This document shows, piece after piece, positions 28,801 through 38,700 of a DNA stretch of 64,000 nt. The stretch comes from Polyangiaceae bacterium. GTDB taxonomy: Bacteria > Myxococcota_A > Polyangia > Polyangiales > Polyangiaceae. Within the stretch, counting starts at the first letter, position 1, and each line of letters starts with the position of its first letter. Location of the stretch: assembly GCA_044376115.1 (NCBI GenBank), contig JBILLK010000004.1, positions 288,001-352,000 on the forward strand, written 5' to 3'. The notes beneath the pieces were generated by a model that did not search any database, was not told the origin of the DNA, and saw only the letters and a program-made list of their open reading frames with translations. The position numbers were made by a program, and so were the translations under genes.

Positions 28801-30193
28801 CGCTGGGGACGCGAAGGGCAAGGTAGGAGCGGCGTTGTTCGGAGACTACGTGCCGGGCGCTTCGATCGCACACATCCGAATCCGCGATGGGGAGCGCGAG
28901 GCCGTGAAGGCGGTGGCGATCATTCCCGGCGGAAGCATGGCTCGAACGCCTTCCGACCTGACCTACCGTCGAGCAAAGGACGACCTCGACTCGGCCTGGG
29001 ACAAGAACGTTGGCCGACGCCCGCGCGAGATCATTCGCGACTGGGGTACGGATGCATTGCCCGCGCGAAGTCTTACCTTCGTCGAACTGGAGACAGGCCG
29101 CATCTTGGCGCGAATGACCGGTGAGCTTGCGGATCAGCCACGCCTCGCCACACAATCGAACGCCGAAACCCAGCTGGACGACAGCGTCGTGGTGCCGCAC
29201 AAGAACAGCAAGTTCGACAGCCCCATCACAGGCATTCCGGCGACCTTCCCCAGTGGCGCTCGGGTCGCGGAGCGGGTCTACGTCGGCGACGCCGATGGCA
29301 CGCTGTGGCGCGTTGAACTCAAAGGTGCCGATCCCAAGGCGTGGGAGGCCCACATCGCCTTCGACGCTTTCAACATAGGATCGTCCGGCGAGTCGACGAT
29401 GAGCGATGCATGGGTGCCTGCAGGTGAGGGCAAGGGCGCGAAGCTAGAGGACAGCGTGACAGTGCCGCACCGTAAGCTTGCGGGACTCATTGGACAGCCA
29501 ATCCAGACAGCGCCGTTGCTTTCCACCGATGAGCAAGGAGATCTGGTGGTGACCTTTGCCACTGGCGATCAGGAGAGCTTCAACAGCCTGACCCCGGGCA
29601 TGGTCAACGTGCTCGTGAGCTTCCGAGATACCTTCAACTCCGAACGCGAGGACGACGACGTCGAGGAGACGGCTTTCCAAGCCATTGTCGACAAGGAGTC
29701 CGGCGTTGAACTCGCATGGAGGAATGGCGCCCGTGTTACCGGACCGCTGAACCTCTTCGACGGGCAGCTCTACTTTGCGTACTTCATCCCTTCCGAGTCC
29801 CTTGCTTGCACCTATGGCACCGGAGGGATCTGCGGACTTCACTACCTTGACAAGTCGGAGAAGGGCGAACCGATCTCCACGGTGAACGTGAACGGTGACG
29901 ACCCATGCAACGACTTCGAGTCGGGAGAGGTCGTGTTTGGTTTGTCGGTCAATCTGGTACCCACCTGCGCCGTAAGCGAGACCAGCTTCAACGATCCCTG
30001 GCTCGCTGGGGGCTACAAAGCCATGACCGAGTCGAATCCCGGCCGCTACGAACTGGTCTTTCAAACGGGTCAGGGTGGTACTGAGCAGAACCCCAACGGC
30101 GGAAAAACCAAGAGGTCGAAGATCACCCTTCCCCAGCCGCAATCTCGTACCACCGTGCGCAGCTTCGTTCGGGTTGCCGAGACGGAGCTGTGA
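25817..30193 (+). CDS. pilY1: PilY1/PilC-like tip adhesin, copy 1 (vWA + beta-propeller)
   Basis: Signal ARA-Q; MIDAS DNSGS, TPLA, VTDGE; DGQLHAF, ELWSFIP, YVGDADGTLWRV propeller motifs; follows pilX. Confidence 0.88.
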   Translation: MTYARYLPRRFSFVSSKTQYLSVGLLTLFCFPSEARAQATDIKVKKPNALLLLDNSGSMAGALNGAYAYYYKGGTKTRWTILAETLTGSVNGLYVTSGGPFMESNDCRPYANLDNKILTSLNAAGFTGSASGASVAPFTWPTTHGNPKDRDAVAFCNPYGKTCTSQSTWSSGQLCRQLQPGETDNGKDFSQVADGLLDVYRDRIRFGVASFDTMDNIPDGNPGEHKQSSLRGRALGANGNVGCNAAIDPGGDCWGTVGCQNAIDGSQCLLRKIWRNDGAGDYRPSAPQWSYWHSAGAVDTWLNGGRGSYSTLSVLSQNSFAANEQFVDIGMRNSRAHPWRGRLIGFGPADWKLDDKRLSGVVDCIDEDSCTALHNEMVQQSVLGLSRYLESTTPLAALMRDAHDFILNDTTTHGIHLPHEYDADVTDFESLYGTIGPQTDPYFSSAASCRNTSVILVTDGEPWEDLDANMSKYADLLHDEGVNTFVIGVGMDSARWNPPGSATVADTITADCSKLTVADLGTGRMCQRDTIGGRRWKYADVAPWKNSPKITPGGIRACCNLLETAVLGGSSRAYFPKNQLELKQELNKVFGSISGGAVSRTVPVFGGVTASFTANAGSSGAPAVSYELRSSMDVSAGDSLWRGNLERVRYACDEDDAPVLQDLEVSAGDVFAENLTSTAVRPRKFFTVVPREGDEIEGSLRAPSVNAADGLFAGGNAGAFGRLGGGARDKPQEYATLAAATALVWPTGNNDAEHLFGLSSSELGVCKAELGAGSLSECSTRIIRWYAGDPNPDGGAIAATDPAPSRAPGSAQCSGDCSPLGAVYRSVPIFVPPPSESENDDQNFGKRRSTGTPSFVERYHSRPTMLYSQTIDGQLHAFVVAKNDYTVGGAFSSVPEADSLENNELWSFIPPAVMPRLWDNFNSHARLLDGQLAWGNVVYDRELGADAGDDPTKITSWEYQTVVVGCSGVSVGGSFCYALEVTDPTSPKFLWQLRSAGDAKGKVGAALFGDYVPGASIAHIRIRDGEREAVKAVAIIPGGSMARTPSDLTYRRAKDDLDSAWDKNVGRRPREIIRDWGTDALPARSLTFVELETGRILARMTGELADQPRLATQSNAETQLDDSVVVPHKNSKFDSPITGIPATFPSGARVAERVYVGDADGTLWRVELKGADPKAWEAHIAFDAFNIGSSGESTMSDAWVPAGEGKGAKLEDSVTVPHRKLAGLIGQPIQTAPLLSTDEQGDLVVTFATGDQESFNSLTPGMVNVLVSFRDTFNSEREDDDVEETAFQAIVDKESGVELAWRNGARVTGPLNLFDGQLYFAYFIPSESLACTYGTGGICGLHYLDKSEKGEPISTVNVNGDDPCNDFESGEVVFGLSVNLVPTCAVSETSFNDPWLAGGYKAMTESNPGRYELVFQTGQGGTEQNPNGGKTKRSKITLPQPQSRTTVRSFVRVAETEL

Positions 30194-30669
30194 TCGTGAC
30201 ACGACACCTCGCCTTCGTACTTGCGCTCTTTCCCGCTTGCTCCGAGCCCGTTCCGGAGCTGCCCCAACCAACCAAGGTCGCGACAACTTCGACGGTATCG
30301 CCCAACGACCTAGCCGAAGGGAGGTTGGTTGCCTTCGGCTTGCGGTTGCCGGCGGGCGCAAGCGTTAAGCGCAAGACGCCAAGCTCTTCGAGCTTTGAGA
30401 TACCCGCTGAGTATTGGGCCACCGTCAAATACGTGGAAGGGCGGCTCACGTTGGACAGCCGCGAGAAGGCGGCGCGCAAAGCGTCATTCACCGGAACGAC
30501 CGCTAAAGAGAGTCCGCGCATCCACGTGGTCGTGCGGGCAACCAGCCTGGCAACTGAGCTCACCGTGCGCGTTGATCCTTTGCCCGAAACAGTCGAACGC
30601 GAGCCTGACGAGGCGCCCGAGCGGGAACTCCCACTGACCGAGAACGAAGCACGCTTGCCACTCAACTAG
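30190..30669 (+). CDS. PilY1-associated small lipoprotein, copy 1
   Basis: GTGA overlap with pilY1 stop; FPAC-SE; EGRLVAFGLRLP. Confidence 0.8.
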   Translation: MIVTRHLAFVLALFPACSEPVPELPQPTKVATTSTVSPNDLAEGRLVAFGLRLPAGASVKRKTPSSSSFEIPAEYWATVKYVEGRLTLDSREKAARKASFTGTTAKESPRIHVVVRATSLATELTVRVDPLPETVEREPDEAPERELPLTENEARLPLN

Positions 30670-30816
30670 CGCCGTCGACCCGAAGGTATTCAATAGTAGG
30701 GTTTCAAACCCCAGTTCTGCCGTCTCACACGACGAAGGGCAAGACAGCTCGCATCTGACGAGGCTAATCTGCACACCAGGGCCATTTTATCTGCCTTAGG
30801 CCTTGGGAGATCGCAG

Positions 30817-33800
30817 ATGGAGAATGCAAGTAGTCGGAAGCTTCGTCGTGTAGGGGGCGCTGCGTTCGTGCTTTCTCTCCTCTTGGCGCCCGACGACGTG
30901 ACCGCCCAGGCGACGGACATCAAAGTAAAAAAGCCGAACGCGTTGTTGCTCCTCGACAACTCTGGGTCGATGAAGCTCGCGCTCGATGGCGACGACGACT
31001 ACGAGTACGAGGACGGCTCTGGCAAGAAGGCTCGTTGGACGATCCTCGCCGAGACACTAACCGGCACGCTCAACGGCTTGCGGGTAAAGGATAGCGGTCC
31101 CTACGTATCGTCCAACGGCTGTGGACCGTACGCCAACTTGGACAAGAAGGTGCTCGAGTCGCTCTACGCGCTAGGGCAGACCGGTGGCAACTCGGGTTCA
31201 GCCATTGGGCCGTTCACCTGGCCACAAGCCAACGGCAATCCCAAAGACAAGGACGCGGTAGCGTTCTGTGAAACCGCAGACAAAGACTGCACCAGCCAAA
31301 GCAAGTGGAAGTCAGCGCGGTTATGCAGGCAGCTGGCCCCTGGTGTGGCGGACAACGGCAAAGACTTCAGCCAAGTCGCCGACGGGTTGCTCGATTCGTA
31401 TCGCGACAAAATTCGTTTCGGCGTCGCTTCGTTCGACACGATGGACAACATCCCCGACGAAGGTGACGGTCGTCATATCGTTTCGGCGCTGCGCGGGCGC
31501 GCCCTGGGCGCCAGCAACGACACGGCGCTTTGCATTCCAGCCGCGACGGGAACCGATTGTTGGGGGCTCTTTGGCTGTCAGAACGCAACAGACGGCTCGC
31601 AATGTTTGTTGCGCAAGGAGTGGAGAGTGGACGGCAAGAACAACTACAGGCCGAGCTCTCCGCAATGGAGCTACTGGCATTCTACCGATGCCATCGACAC
31701 GTGGCTGAACGGCGGTCGCGCAAGTTACAACGTGCTCACCGTGCGTGCACAGAATGCGTACTCGATCAGCGAGCAGTACGTAGACATTGGCTTGCGCAAC
31801 AGTCGCGCCTTCCCGTGGCGTGGCCGCCTCATCGGCTTCGGCCCGCCCGATTGGGACCTGAGCGCTGACGATCTCGACAAGTACATTTCCTGCACCGACG
31901 AGGACTCTTGCACGGCCTCGCACAACGAGATGGTGCAGCAGTCGATCCTCGGCCTCTCGCGGCACCTGGAGGCGAACACCCCGCTCGCTGCGATGATGCG
32001 CGACGCCTACGAGTTCATCATCAACGACACGACGACTCAGGGGGTGCACCTTCCTCACCTCTACAACGCCGACGTGGCGCAGTTCTCGACGATTTTCGGC
32101 GAAATCGGGCCGCAGAATGACAAATACTTCACGGCCTCAGCCGCCTGCCGCAACACCTCCGTCATTCTCGTCACCGACGGTGAGCCGTTCGAGGACCTCG
32201 ACGAGAACATGTCGTACTACGCCGAGCTGCTCAAGGCGGAGAAAGTCGACACCTTCGTAATCGGTGTTGGCCTCGACTCGGCAACCTGGAATCCCCTTGG
32301 GTCGGCTGATCAGGCTGACAACGTCAAAGTAGACTGTTCCACGCTGACCGCTGCCGATCTCGGGGCGGATAAGATGTGCGAACGGGACGTGGTCGGAGGC
32401 CGCCGTTGGAAGTACGCCGACGTCGCTCCCTGGAAGGACTCTCCCAAGATCACGAAGGGCGGCATCCGTGCCTGCTGCAACCTCGTCGAAACAGCCGTTT
32501 TGGGCGGGACTGGTCGCGCCTACTTCCCCAAGAACCAATCGGACCTCAAGCAAAAGCTCAACACGATTTTCGGTGCAATCTCCGGCGGAGCATCGAGCCG
32601 CACGGTGCCCGTATTTGGCGGAGTCACCGCAAGCTTCGCCCAATCGGGTGGAACGACCAGCGCGCCTGCGGTGAGCTATGAATTCAGGTCGTCGATGGAT
32701 GTGTCGGCAGACGACACGCTTTGGCGCGGGAACCTCGAGCGCATCCGCTACGCATGTGACGCCAATGACGCGCCCGTTTTGCAAGAGCTCGACGAAGATC
32801 TCGGCGACGTTTTTGCACAAAACCTAAACGCCACCTCACTGCGCCGCCGCGAGTTCTTCACGGCTGTCGCCCGCTCTGCCGATGAGATGGAGGGCACGCT
32901 CCGCTCGGTCGACGTGAACACGAAGGACAAGCTCTTCGGAGGAGGCAACCTCGGAGCCTTCGCGCGCATGGGCGGCGGGGACTTCACCGACAGCGACGTG
33001 CCGGCCCGCTTGGCTGATGCGCAAGCGAGCATCGACTCCGCTTATGCATCGGGCAGCAACAACCTTGCCGAGCTATTCGGCCTGTCGAGTTCCGACGACG
33101 TCACTTGCAAAGAGGAGCTCGGAGCAAGCACGTTGGGCGAATGCAGCAGCAGGTTGCTGAAGTGGTACGGCGGCGACACCGATCCGGATGGAGGCGGCGC
33201 CGTCACCACCGACCCAGCGCCTTCACGTGATCCCGACAGCGCGCAATGCGAAGGCGAATGCAGTCCACTCGGGGCCGTGTATCGGACGGTCCCAGTGTTC
33301 ATTCCTCCGCCCAGCGTGAGCGAGAACGACGACCAAAATTTCAGCAAGCGACGCACGGGCGCCACACCGTCCTTCTTTGAAGACTTCAAAGGCCGCCCGA
33401 CCATGCTCTATTCCCAGACCATCGATGGGCAGCTTCACGCCTTTGTGGTCGCAAAAAACGAGTTCACGAGCGGGGCTCGCTTCTTCGACGTACCCGAGGC
33501 GGACTCACTCGAGAACAACGAGCTTTGGAGCTTCGTTCCTCCTGCTGTGATGCCGCGCCTGTGGGACAATTTCAACTCGCATGCACGCTTGCTTGACGGC
33601 CAGCTCGCCTGGGGCAACGTCGTCTACGAACGCGAGCTTGGACTCGACGAGAGCGCCAACGCCGAAGCCGCCACCACCTGGAAGTACGAGACGGTTTTGG
33701 TTGGGTGTAGCGGTGTTTCGGTCGGCGGGAGCTTCTGTTACGCCTTGGAGGTTACTGACCCGACTGCACCGCGGTTCTTGTGGCAGCTGCGCAGCGCTGG

Positions 33801-35175
33801 CAATGAGAGCGGAAAGATCGGCTCGGCTCTGTTTGGTGACTACGTGCCGGGCGCAACCATCACGCACGTGCGCATCAAGGACGGCTTGAACGAAAGCGTG
33901 AAGGCGGTTGCCATCATCCCTGGTGGCAGCATGAAGACCGCACCTGCCGACGTCACCAACCGACGCAGCAAAGACGATCTAGCGGGCCTCTGGGCTAATT
34001 CGGCGACGCGCGATCCACGCGAGAAGATCCGCGACTGGGGCAAGGAGCTGCCGGCACGCAGCTTGACCTTTGTTGAACTATCGACCGGTCGAATCCTGGC
34101 GCGCATGGTTGGTGAAATGGGGGACAACCCGAGGTTCAGCAGCCAAAGCGAGTCGGAAACGTTGCTCGACGATGCAACGGTGGTTCCGCCCGAAAACACT
34201 AAATTCGACAGCCCGATGTCAGGGATTCCCGCCGTGTTTCCGAGCGGTGGTCGCGTGGCAGAACGGGTCTTCGTTGGAGATGCGGACGGCACGATGTGGC
34301 GGGTCGAGCTAATCGGTGGGGATCCCAAGAAGTGGGAAGCCCACATTGCCTTCGACGCTTACAACGTTGGCTCGACCGGGGAGGCCACCTTGATGGACGC
34401 GTGGGTCCCTGCTGGCGATGGCAAAGGTGCCGTGCTCGGCGAGATCATCTCCGATGAGGACAAGGCCGCAACCATTGGCCAGCCTATTCAAGCAGCTCCC
34501 CTGCTTTCCACCGATACCGCCGGCAACGTGGTGGTGACCTTCGCGACAGGGGATCAAGAGAGCTTCAACAGCTTGACTCCTGGCATGATCAATCTGCTCG
34601 TTACCTTCCGGGACACCTTCGACTCAAGCAAGGACGACGACGACGAGAAGGAAACCGGGTATCAGGCAATCGTAGACGCTGGCGCAGGCGTTGAGCTCGC
34701 GTGGCGAAACGGCGGTCGCGTCACAGGCCCGCTCAACCTCTTTGACGGCCAGCTCTACTTTGCCTACTTCACCCCTGCGGAGTCGCTGGCGTGCACCTAC
34801 GGGACCGGCGGAATTTGCGGCTTGGACTATCTCGCAAAGAACGGAGATCGGTCACCGGTGTCGCTCAATCCGGTCAACGGAAGCGCCGCTTGCAACGACT
34901 TCACAGAGGGTGAGGTTGTATTCGGCATCTCTGTCAATCTCGTACCCAGCTGCGAGATCACTGAAACCGATTTCAGCGACCCGTGGATGAGCGGCAACTA
35001 CAAGGCGATGACGCAGGCCAACGCCGGGCGCTACGAGTTGGTCTTTCAAACGGGGCAAGGAGGCGCCGATCCCTCCGGCAAAGAGAAGACCCGCCGTTCG
35101 AAGATTCAGCTGCCGCAGCCGAAGTCGCGAACCAGCGTCCGCAGCTTCGTCCGTGTAGCGGAGACTGAACTCTGA
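30817..35175 (+). CDS. pilY1: PilY1/PilC-like tip adhesin, copy 2
   Basis: Collinear with copy 1 over full length; same motifs; GGGAG SD. Confidence 0.88.
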   Translation: MENASSRKLRRVGGAAFVLSLLLAPDDVTAQATDIKVKKPNALLLLDNSGSMKLALDGDDDYEYEDGSGKKARWTILAETLTGTLNGLRVKDSGPYVSSNGCGPYANLDKKVLESLYALGQTGGNSGSAIGPFTWPQANGNPKDKDAVAFCETADKDCTSQSKWKSARLCRQLAPGVADNGKDFSQVADGLLDSYRDKIRFGVASFDTMDNIPDEGDGRHIVSALRGRALGASNDTALCIPAATGTDCWGLFGCQNATDGSQCLLRKEWRVDGKNNYRPSSPQWSYWHSTDAIDTWLNGGRASYNVLTVRAQNAYSISEQYVDIGLRNSRAFPWRGRLIGFGPPDWDLSADDLDKYISCTDEDSCTASHNEMVQQSILGLSRHLEANTPLAAMMRDAYEFIINDTTTQGVHLPHLYNADVAQFSTIFGEIGPQNDKYFTASAACRNTSVILVTDGEPFEDLDENMSYYAELLKAEKVDTFVIGVGLDSATWNPLGSADQADNVKVDCSTLTAADLGADKMCERDVVGGRRWKYADVAPWKDSPKITKGGIRACCNLVETAVLGGTGRAYFPKNQSDLKQKLNTIFGAISGGASSRTVPVFGGVTASFAQSGGTTSAPAVSYEFRSSMDVSADDTLWRGNLERIRYACDANDAPVLQELDEDLGDVFAQNLNATSLRRREFFTAVARSADEMEGTLRSVDVNTKDKLFGGGNLGAFARMGGGDFTDSDVPARLADAQASIDSAYASGSNNLAELFGLSSSDDVTCKEELGASTLGECSSRLLKWYGGDTDPDGGGAVTTDPAPSRDPDSAQCEGECSPLGAVYRTVPVFIPPPSVSENDDQNFSKRRTGATPSFFEDFKGRPTMLYSQTIDGQLHAFVVAKNEFTSGARFFDVPEADSLENNELWSFVPPAVMPRLWDNFNSHARLLDGQLAWGNVVYERELGLDESANAEAATTWKYETVLVGCSGVSVGGSFCYALEVTDPTAPRFLWQLRSAGNESGKIGSALFGDYVPGATITHVRIKDGLNESVKAVAIIPGGSMKTAPADVTNRRSKDDLAGLWANSATRDPREKIRDWGKELPARSLTFVELSTGRILARMVGEMGDNPRFSSQSESETLLDDATVVPPENTKFDSPMSGIPAVFPSGGRVAERVFVGDADGTMWRVELIGGDPKKWEAHIAFDAYNVGSTGEATLMDAWVPAGDGKGAVLGEIISDEDKAATIGQPIQAAPLLSTDTAGNVVVTFATGDQESFNSLTPGMINLLVTFRDTFDSSKDDDDEKETGYQAIVDAGAGVELAWRNGGRVTGPLNLFDGQLYFAYFTPAESLACTYGTGGICGLDYLAKNGDRSPVSLNPVNGSAACNDFTEGEVVFGISVNLVPSCEITETDFSDPWMSGNYKAMTQANAGRYELVFQTGQGGADPSGKEKTRRSKIQLPQPKSRTSVRSFVRVAETEL

Positions 35176-35180
35176 CCACC

Positions 35181-35648
35181 GTGCGCTCAAAGCTCTTGAT
35201 TCTCCTGGTAGTGACGAGCTTTGGCGTGGTGGGGTGCTCGGAAGAGGTTCCCACCCTCCCCCGCCCGAGCTCGAACAGCGCACGCCCAACGATATCGGCT
35301 GACGCCCTGACTGAAGGACCAATCAAGGCGTTTGGGCTGGTGATGCCGTTAGGTGCTACGCCGAGACGCAAGACGCCAACGACCGAGAGCTTCGAGGTAC
35401 CCGCCGACACGACCAAGACGGTCGCCTTTCTGAACTCGCGGCTCAGCGTCGAGCAGGTTCTCACCGACGCGAGCAAGACGACCTTTGAAGGAGCCCGGCC
35501 CAAAGCCAGCCCGTCGCAAAGGGTGTCCGTCGTGGTCAAGCCGCTCAGCGTCAACACTGAGGTGATCGTACGGTTGCAGCCCGAGCGCGCACCCACACCG
35601 CCCGATGAGGGCGCTGCCCCAGAGCCCGAGCCGCCTGAGAGCGATTGA
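35181..35648 (+). CDS. PilY1-associated small lipoprotein, copy 2
   Basis: VVGC-SE; EGPIKAFGLVMP; 5 bp after pilY1 stop. Confidence 0.8.
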   Translation: MRSKLLILLVVTSFGVVGCSEEVPTLPRPSSNSARPTISADALTEGPIKAFGLVMPLGATPRRKTPTTESFEVPADTTKTVAFLNSRLSVEQVLTDASKTTFEGARPKASPSQRVSVVVKPLSVNTEVIVRLQPERAPTPPDEGAAPEPEPPESD

Positions 35649-35746
35649 CCCAGACGGCTCGCAAAAGTTGCGGAGGCGGCCGCAAACAATTTGCCCAGTT
35701 CGATTGATGGTCCTGCGTTTCGGGCGAAATAGCGTCAATCCACCGA

Positions 35747-35762
35747 CGGTACGGTTCCTGCT
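35747..35762 (+). promoter_or_regulatory. Putative internal sigma54 promoter of third pilY1 cassette
   Basis: cGGTACggttcctGCt: GG-N10-GC at 35748-35761. Confidence 0.5.
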
Positions 35763-35794
35763 TAGCTCCTCGCGCGCAACCTGCGTCTTGGAGC

Positions 35795-38700
35795 ATGACT
35801 ATGAAGAGCGGCACCCCGTCTGGATCCCACCGTCGACTGCACGTCTCGTTCGCAACGGCTTTGCTGATGGTGCTCGGCGTGTCCCAACGTGCCGATGCGC
35901 AGAACTCGGGGGCGTCCGACATCAAGATCAAGAAGCCGAATGCGCTGCTGCTGCTCGATACGTCGGGCTCGATGCGTTGGGCGCTCGACGGCACCCAGAG
36001 CTATTCCTTGGCCGCGAATGGCAAGAAGGCTCGCTGGACGGTGCTTGCCGAGACCCTGACGGGCACGGTCAACAACCTTCAGGTCAATTCCGCCGGGTCA
36101 ATTCTCGCATCGGGCGACCCCGCAGAATCGAGCCCGAAGTTCTGCGAGCCGGTGCCAAACCGCGACAAGAAGATCCTCAAAGCGCTCTTTGCGTTTGGAG
36201 AGTCGGGGGGTGCGTCAGGTGCATCGGTGGGGCCGTTCACGTGGCCCGTCGCCAAAGGCAACCCGAAGGACAAGGACGCGATCGCATTCTGTGAGATCAA
36301 CAGCGCCGACTGCAGCAGCACGACCAACTGGACTTCGGCGGATCTCTGCAGGCAGGCCGCTCCGGGAGACGCGGTCGCCAAAGGAGAGTTTAGCCAACAA
36401 GGAGACGGCTTGATTGATCTGTTCCAGGACAAGATCCGCTTCGGAATGGCTTCGTTCGACCCATTAGCGACCGTGTTCTCCTTCGTCGACAATACACCCG
36501 CGAATTGTCAGCTCGGTATTGATGGTTCGGCTTGTTTCTGGACCGGTTCCGAGCAGTTTAGCTACTGGAACAACGGCTCGGGCGAGACCTGGTTGACGGG
36601 CAGCCACACGAGCTACAACGGGGACAGCTTTTGGGCGGGCTACACCACGTCATACGTTGACATTGGTATACGCAATCCGCGCGCCCAACCCTGGGAAGGC
36701 CGGCTGATTGGCTTCGGAGCTGCGGATTGGAACCTCACCCAGAGCGGGCTTTCCGGGTACATCGACTGCACCAACGATGATGAGTGCACTGTCCGGCATA
36801 ACGACATGGTTCAGCAAGGAATCCTCGGGCTGCACAAAGAGCTCACGGCTAGCACGCCACTGGCCGCCATGATGCGAGACGCCTACGAGTTCATCAAGTT
36901 CGACACAACCACGCAAGGCGTGCATCTTCCACACGAGTACGACGCCGATATCAGTGCCTACCCAACGCTCTACGGAACGGTCGGGCCCAAGACGGATCCG
37001 TACTACACCGATTCTGTTGCTCCCTGTCGAACCACGAGCGTGATTCTTGTCACCGACGGTGAGCCGTCACGCGACCTTGACCGACGAATGTCCTACTTCG
37101 CTGGGAAGTTGCTGGACGATGAAGGTGTCAATACCTTCGTCGTTGGCGTGGGCCTGGCGACTGCTACCTGGAACCCGGGCGGCGGAGCAGTGACCGTTGC
37201 CTGCGACAGCCTCCGTGAAGCCGATCTTGGGGCGGGAAAGATCTGTGAGCCCGCCACTGGCACCGGCTGGAGGTACGCCGACGTCACGCCCAACGGCATC
37301 AGCAACTCCCAGAAGAGCAGCATCCGTGCATGCTGCAACTTGCTCGAAACAGCTGTCGAAGGCGGCACTGAGCGGGCCTACTTTCCTGCGAATCAGAGTG
37401 AGCTGAAGCAGAAGATGAGCCAAATCTTCGGTTCGATCGCGGGTGGTGCGGTGAGTCGCACAGTTCCGGTGTTTGGTGCGGTCAGCGCCTCCTTCACCCA
37501 AACCGGTGGGTCGACCAACGCGCCTGCGGTCTCGTATGAACTACGCTCGTCGATGGAGGTGTCGAACAGCTCGATGTGGACGGGCAACCTCGAACGGCTG
37601 CGCTATGCCTGCGTTGGTAACGCGCCGACGATCCAAGGTTTCGACGACGCGAAAGGTGATGACTTCGGCAGCAACCTGACCGCGACGACGATGCGGGCGC
37701 GCAAGTTCTTCACCGTTGGAACAGAGAAGGCCGTGCAGATGACCGGCACGATCCGAACCCCGGCGGTCAACGCGGACGACAAGCTGTTTGATGGTGGGCA
37801 AGAGGGTGGCTTTCGCAGCTTCGGCGCCTCCGACACGCCGGTTACCTTTGCAAACCTCGCAAGCGAGATCAACGGGCTTTACAGCACCGGCGCCAACGAC
37901 GCGCACGACCTCCTCGGACTAAAAAACTCCGACAGCGCGGACTGCCTGAGCGAGGTAGGCGCCACCACGCTAGGAGCGTGTGGCGACAGTATCCTCAAGT
38001 GGTACGCCGGCGATCCCAACCCGGATGGGGGTTCCATCGTATCGACGGATCCCTCACCTTCGCGAGATCCGAAGAGTGCTCAGTGTGAAGGAGGTTGCAG
38101 CCCCTTTGGAGCTGTCTACCGCACGGTTCCGGTCATCGTTCCGCCGCCCAGCACGACCGACAGCGACGATCAGAACTTCGGACGCGATCGAACCAACGGG
38201 TCGAACTCCTTCGTTGAGCAGCAAAAGGGGCGGCCGACGATGGTCTACTCCCAAACGGTGGATGGGCAGCTCCACGCCTTCGTCCTGGCCAAGAACGACT
38301 TCACGCCGGCCTCCTACTACAACGTTGGTGTGCCGAATTCGGATGCGCTCGAGAACAATGAGCTTTGGTCGTTCATCCCGCCGGCGGTGGTGCCCGAGCT
38401 TTGGGGCAACTTCAACTCCGCTGGGCGTTTGCTCGATGGGCAGTTGGCTTGGGGCAACGTGGTCTTCGATCGCGCTCTCGGCTTCGACGGAAGTGACAAC
38501 GCCGACGCCATCACGACCTGGCCGTACAACACGGTGCTCGTCGGCTGCAGCGGTGCCGCCGATGGGTTGGCGAGTTCGTTCTGCTATGCACTCGACGTTA
38601 CCGATCCGAAGGAGCCGGAGTTCTTGTGGCAGCTGTCAACGGCTGGCGACAACAACGGTGATCCGGATGGTGCGCTCTTTGGCGACCATGTGCCTGGCGC

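Noticed and set aside
26348..29353. Long antisense ORFs (349 aa, 404 aa; similar ones at 271-1365, 55390-56424, 57042-58085)
   Set aside because: Typical high-GC antisense shadows of well-supported genes, with no motifs
30737..30795. Sigma54 promoter before pilY1 copy 2
   Set aside because: Both GG..GC candidates have 11-nt spacing, not the required 10
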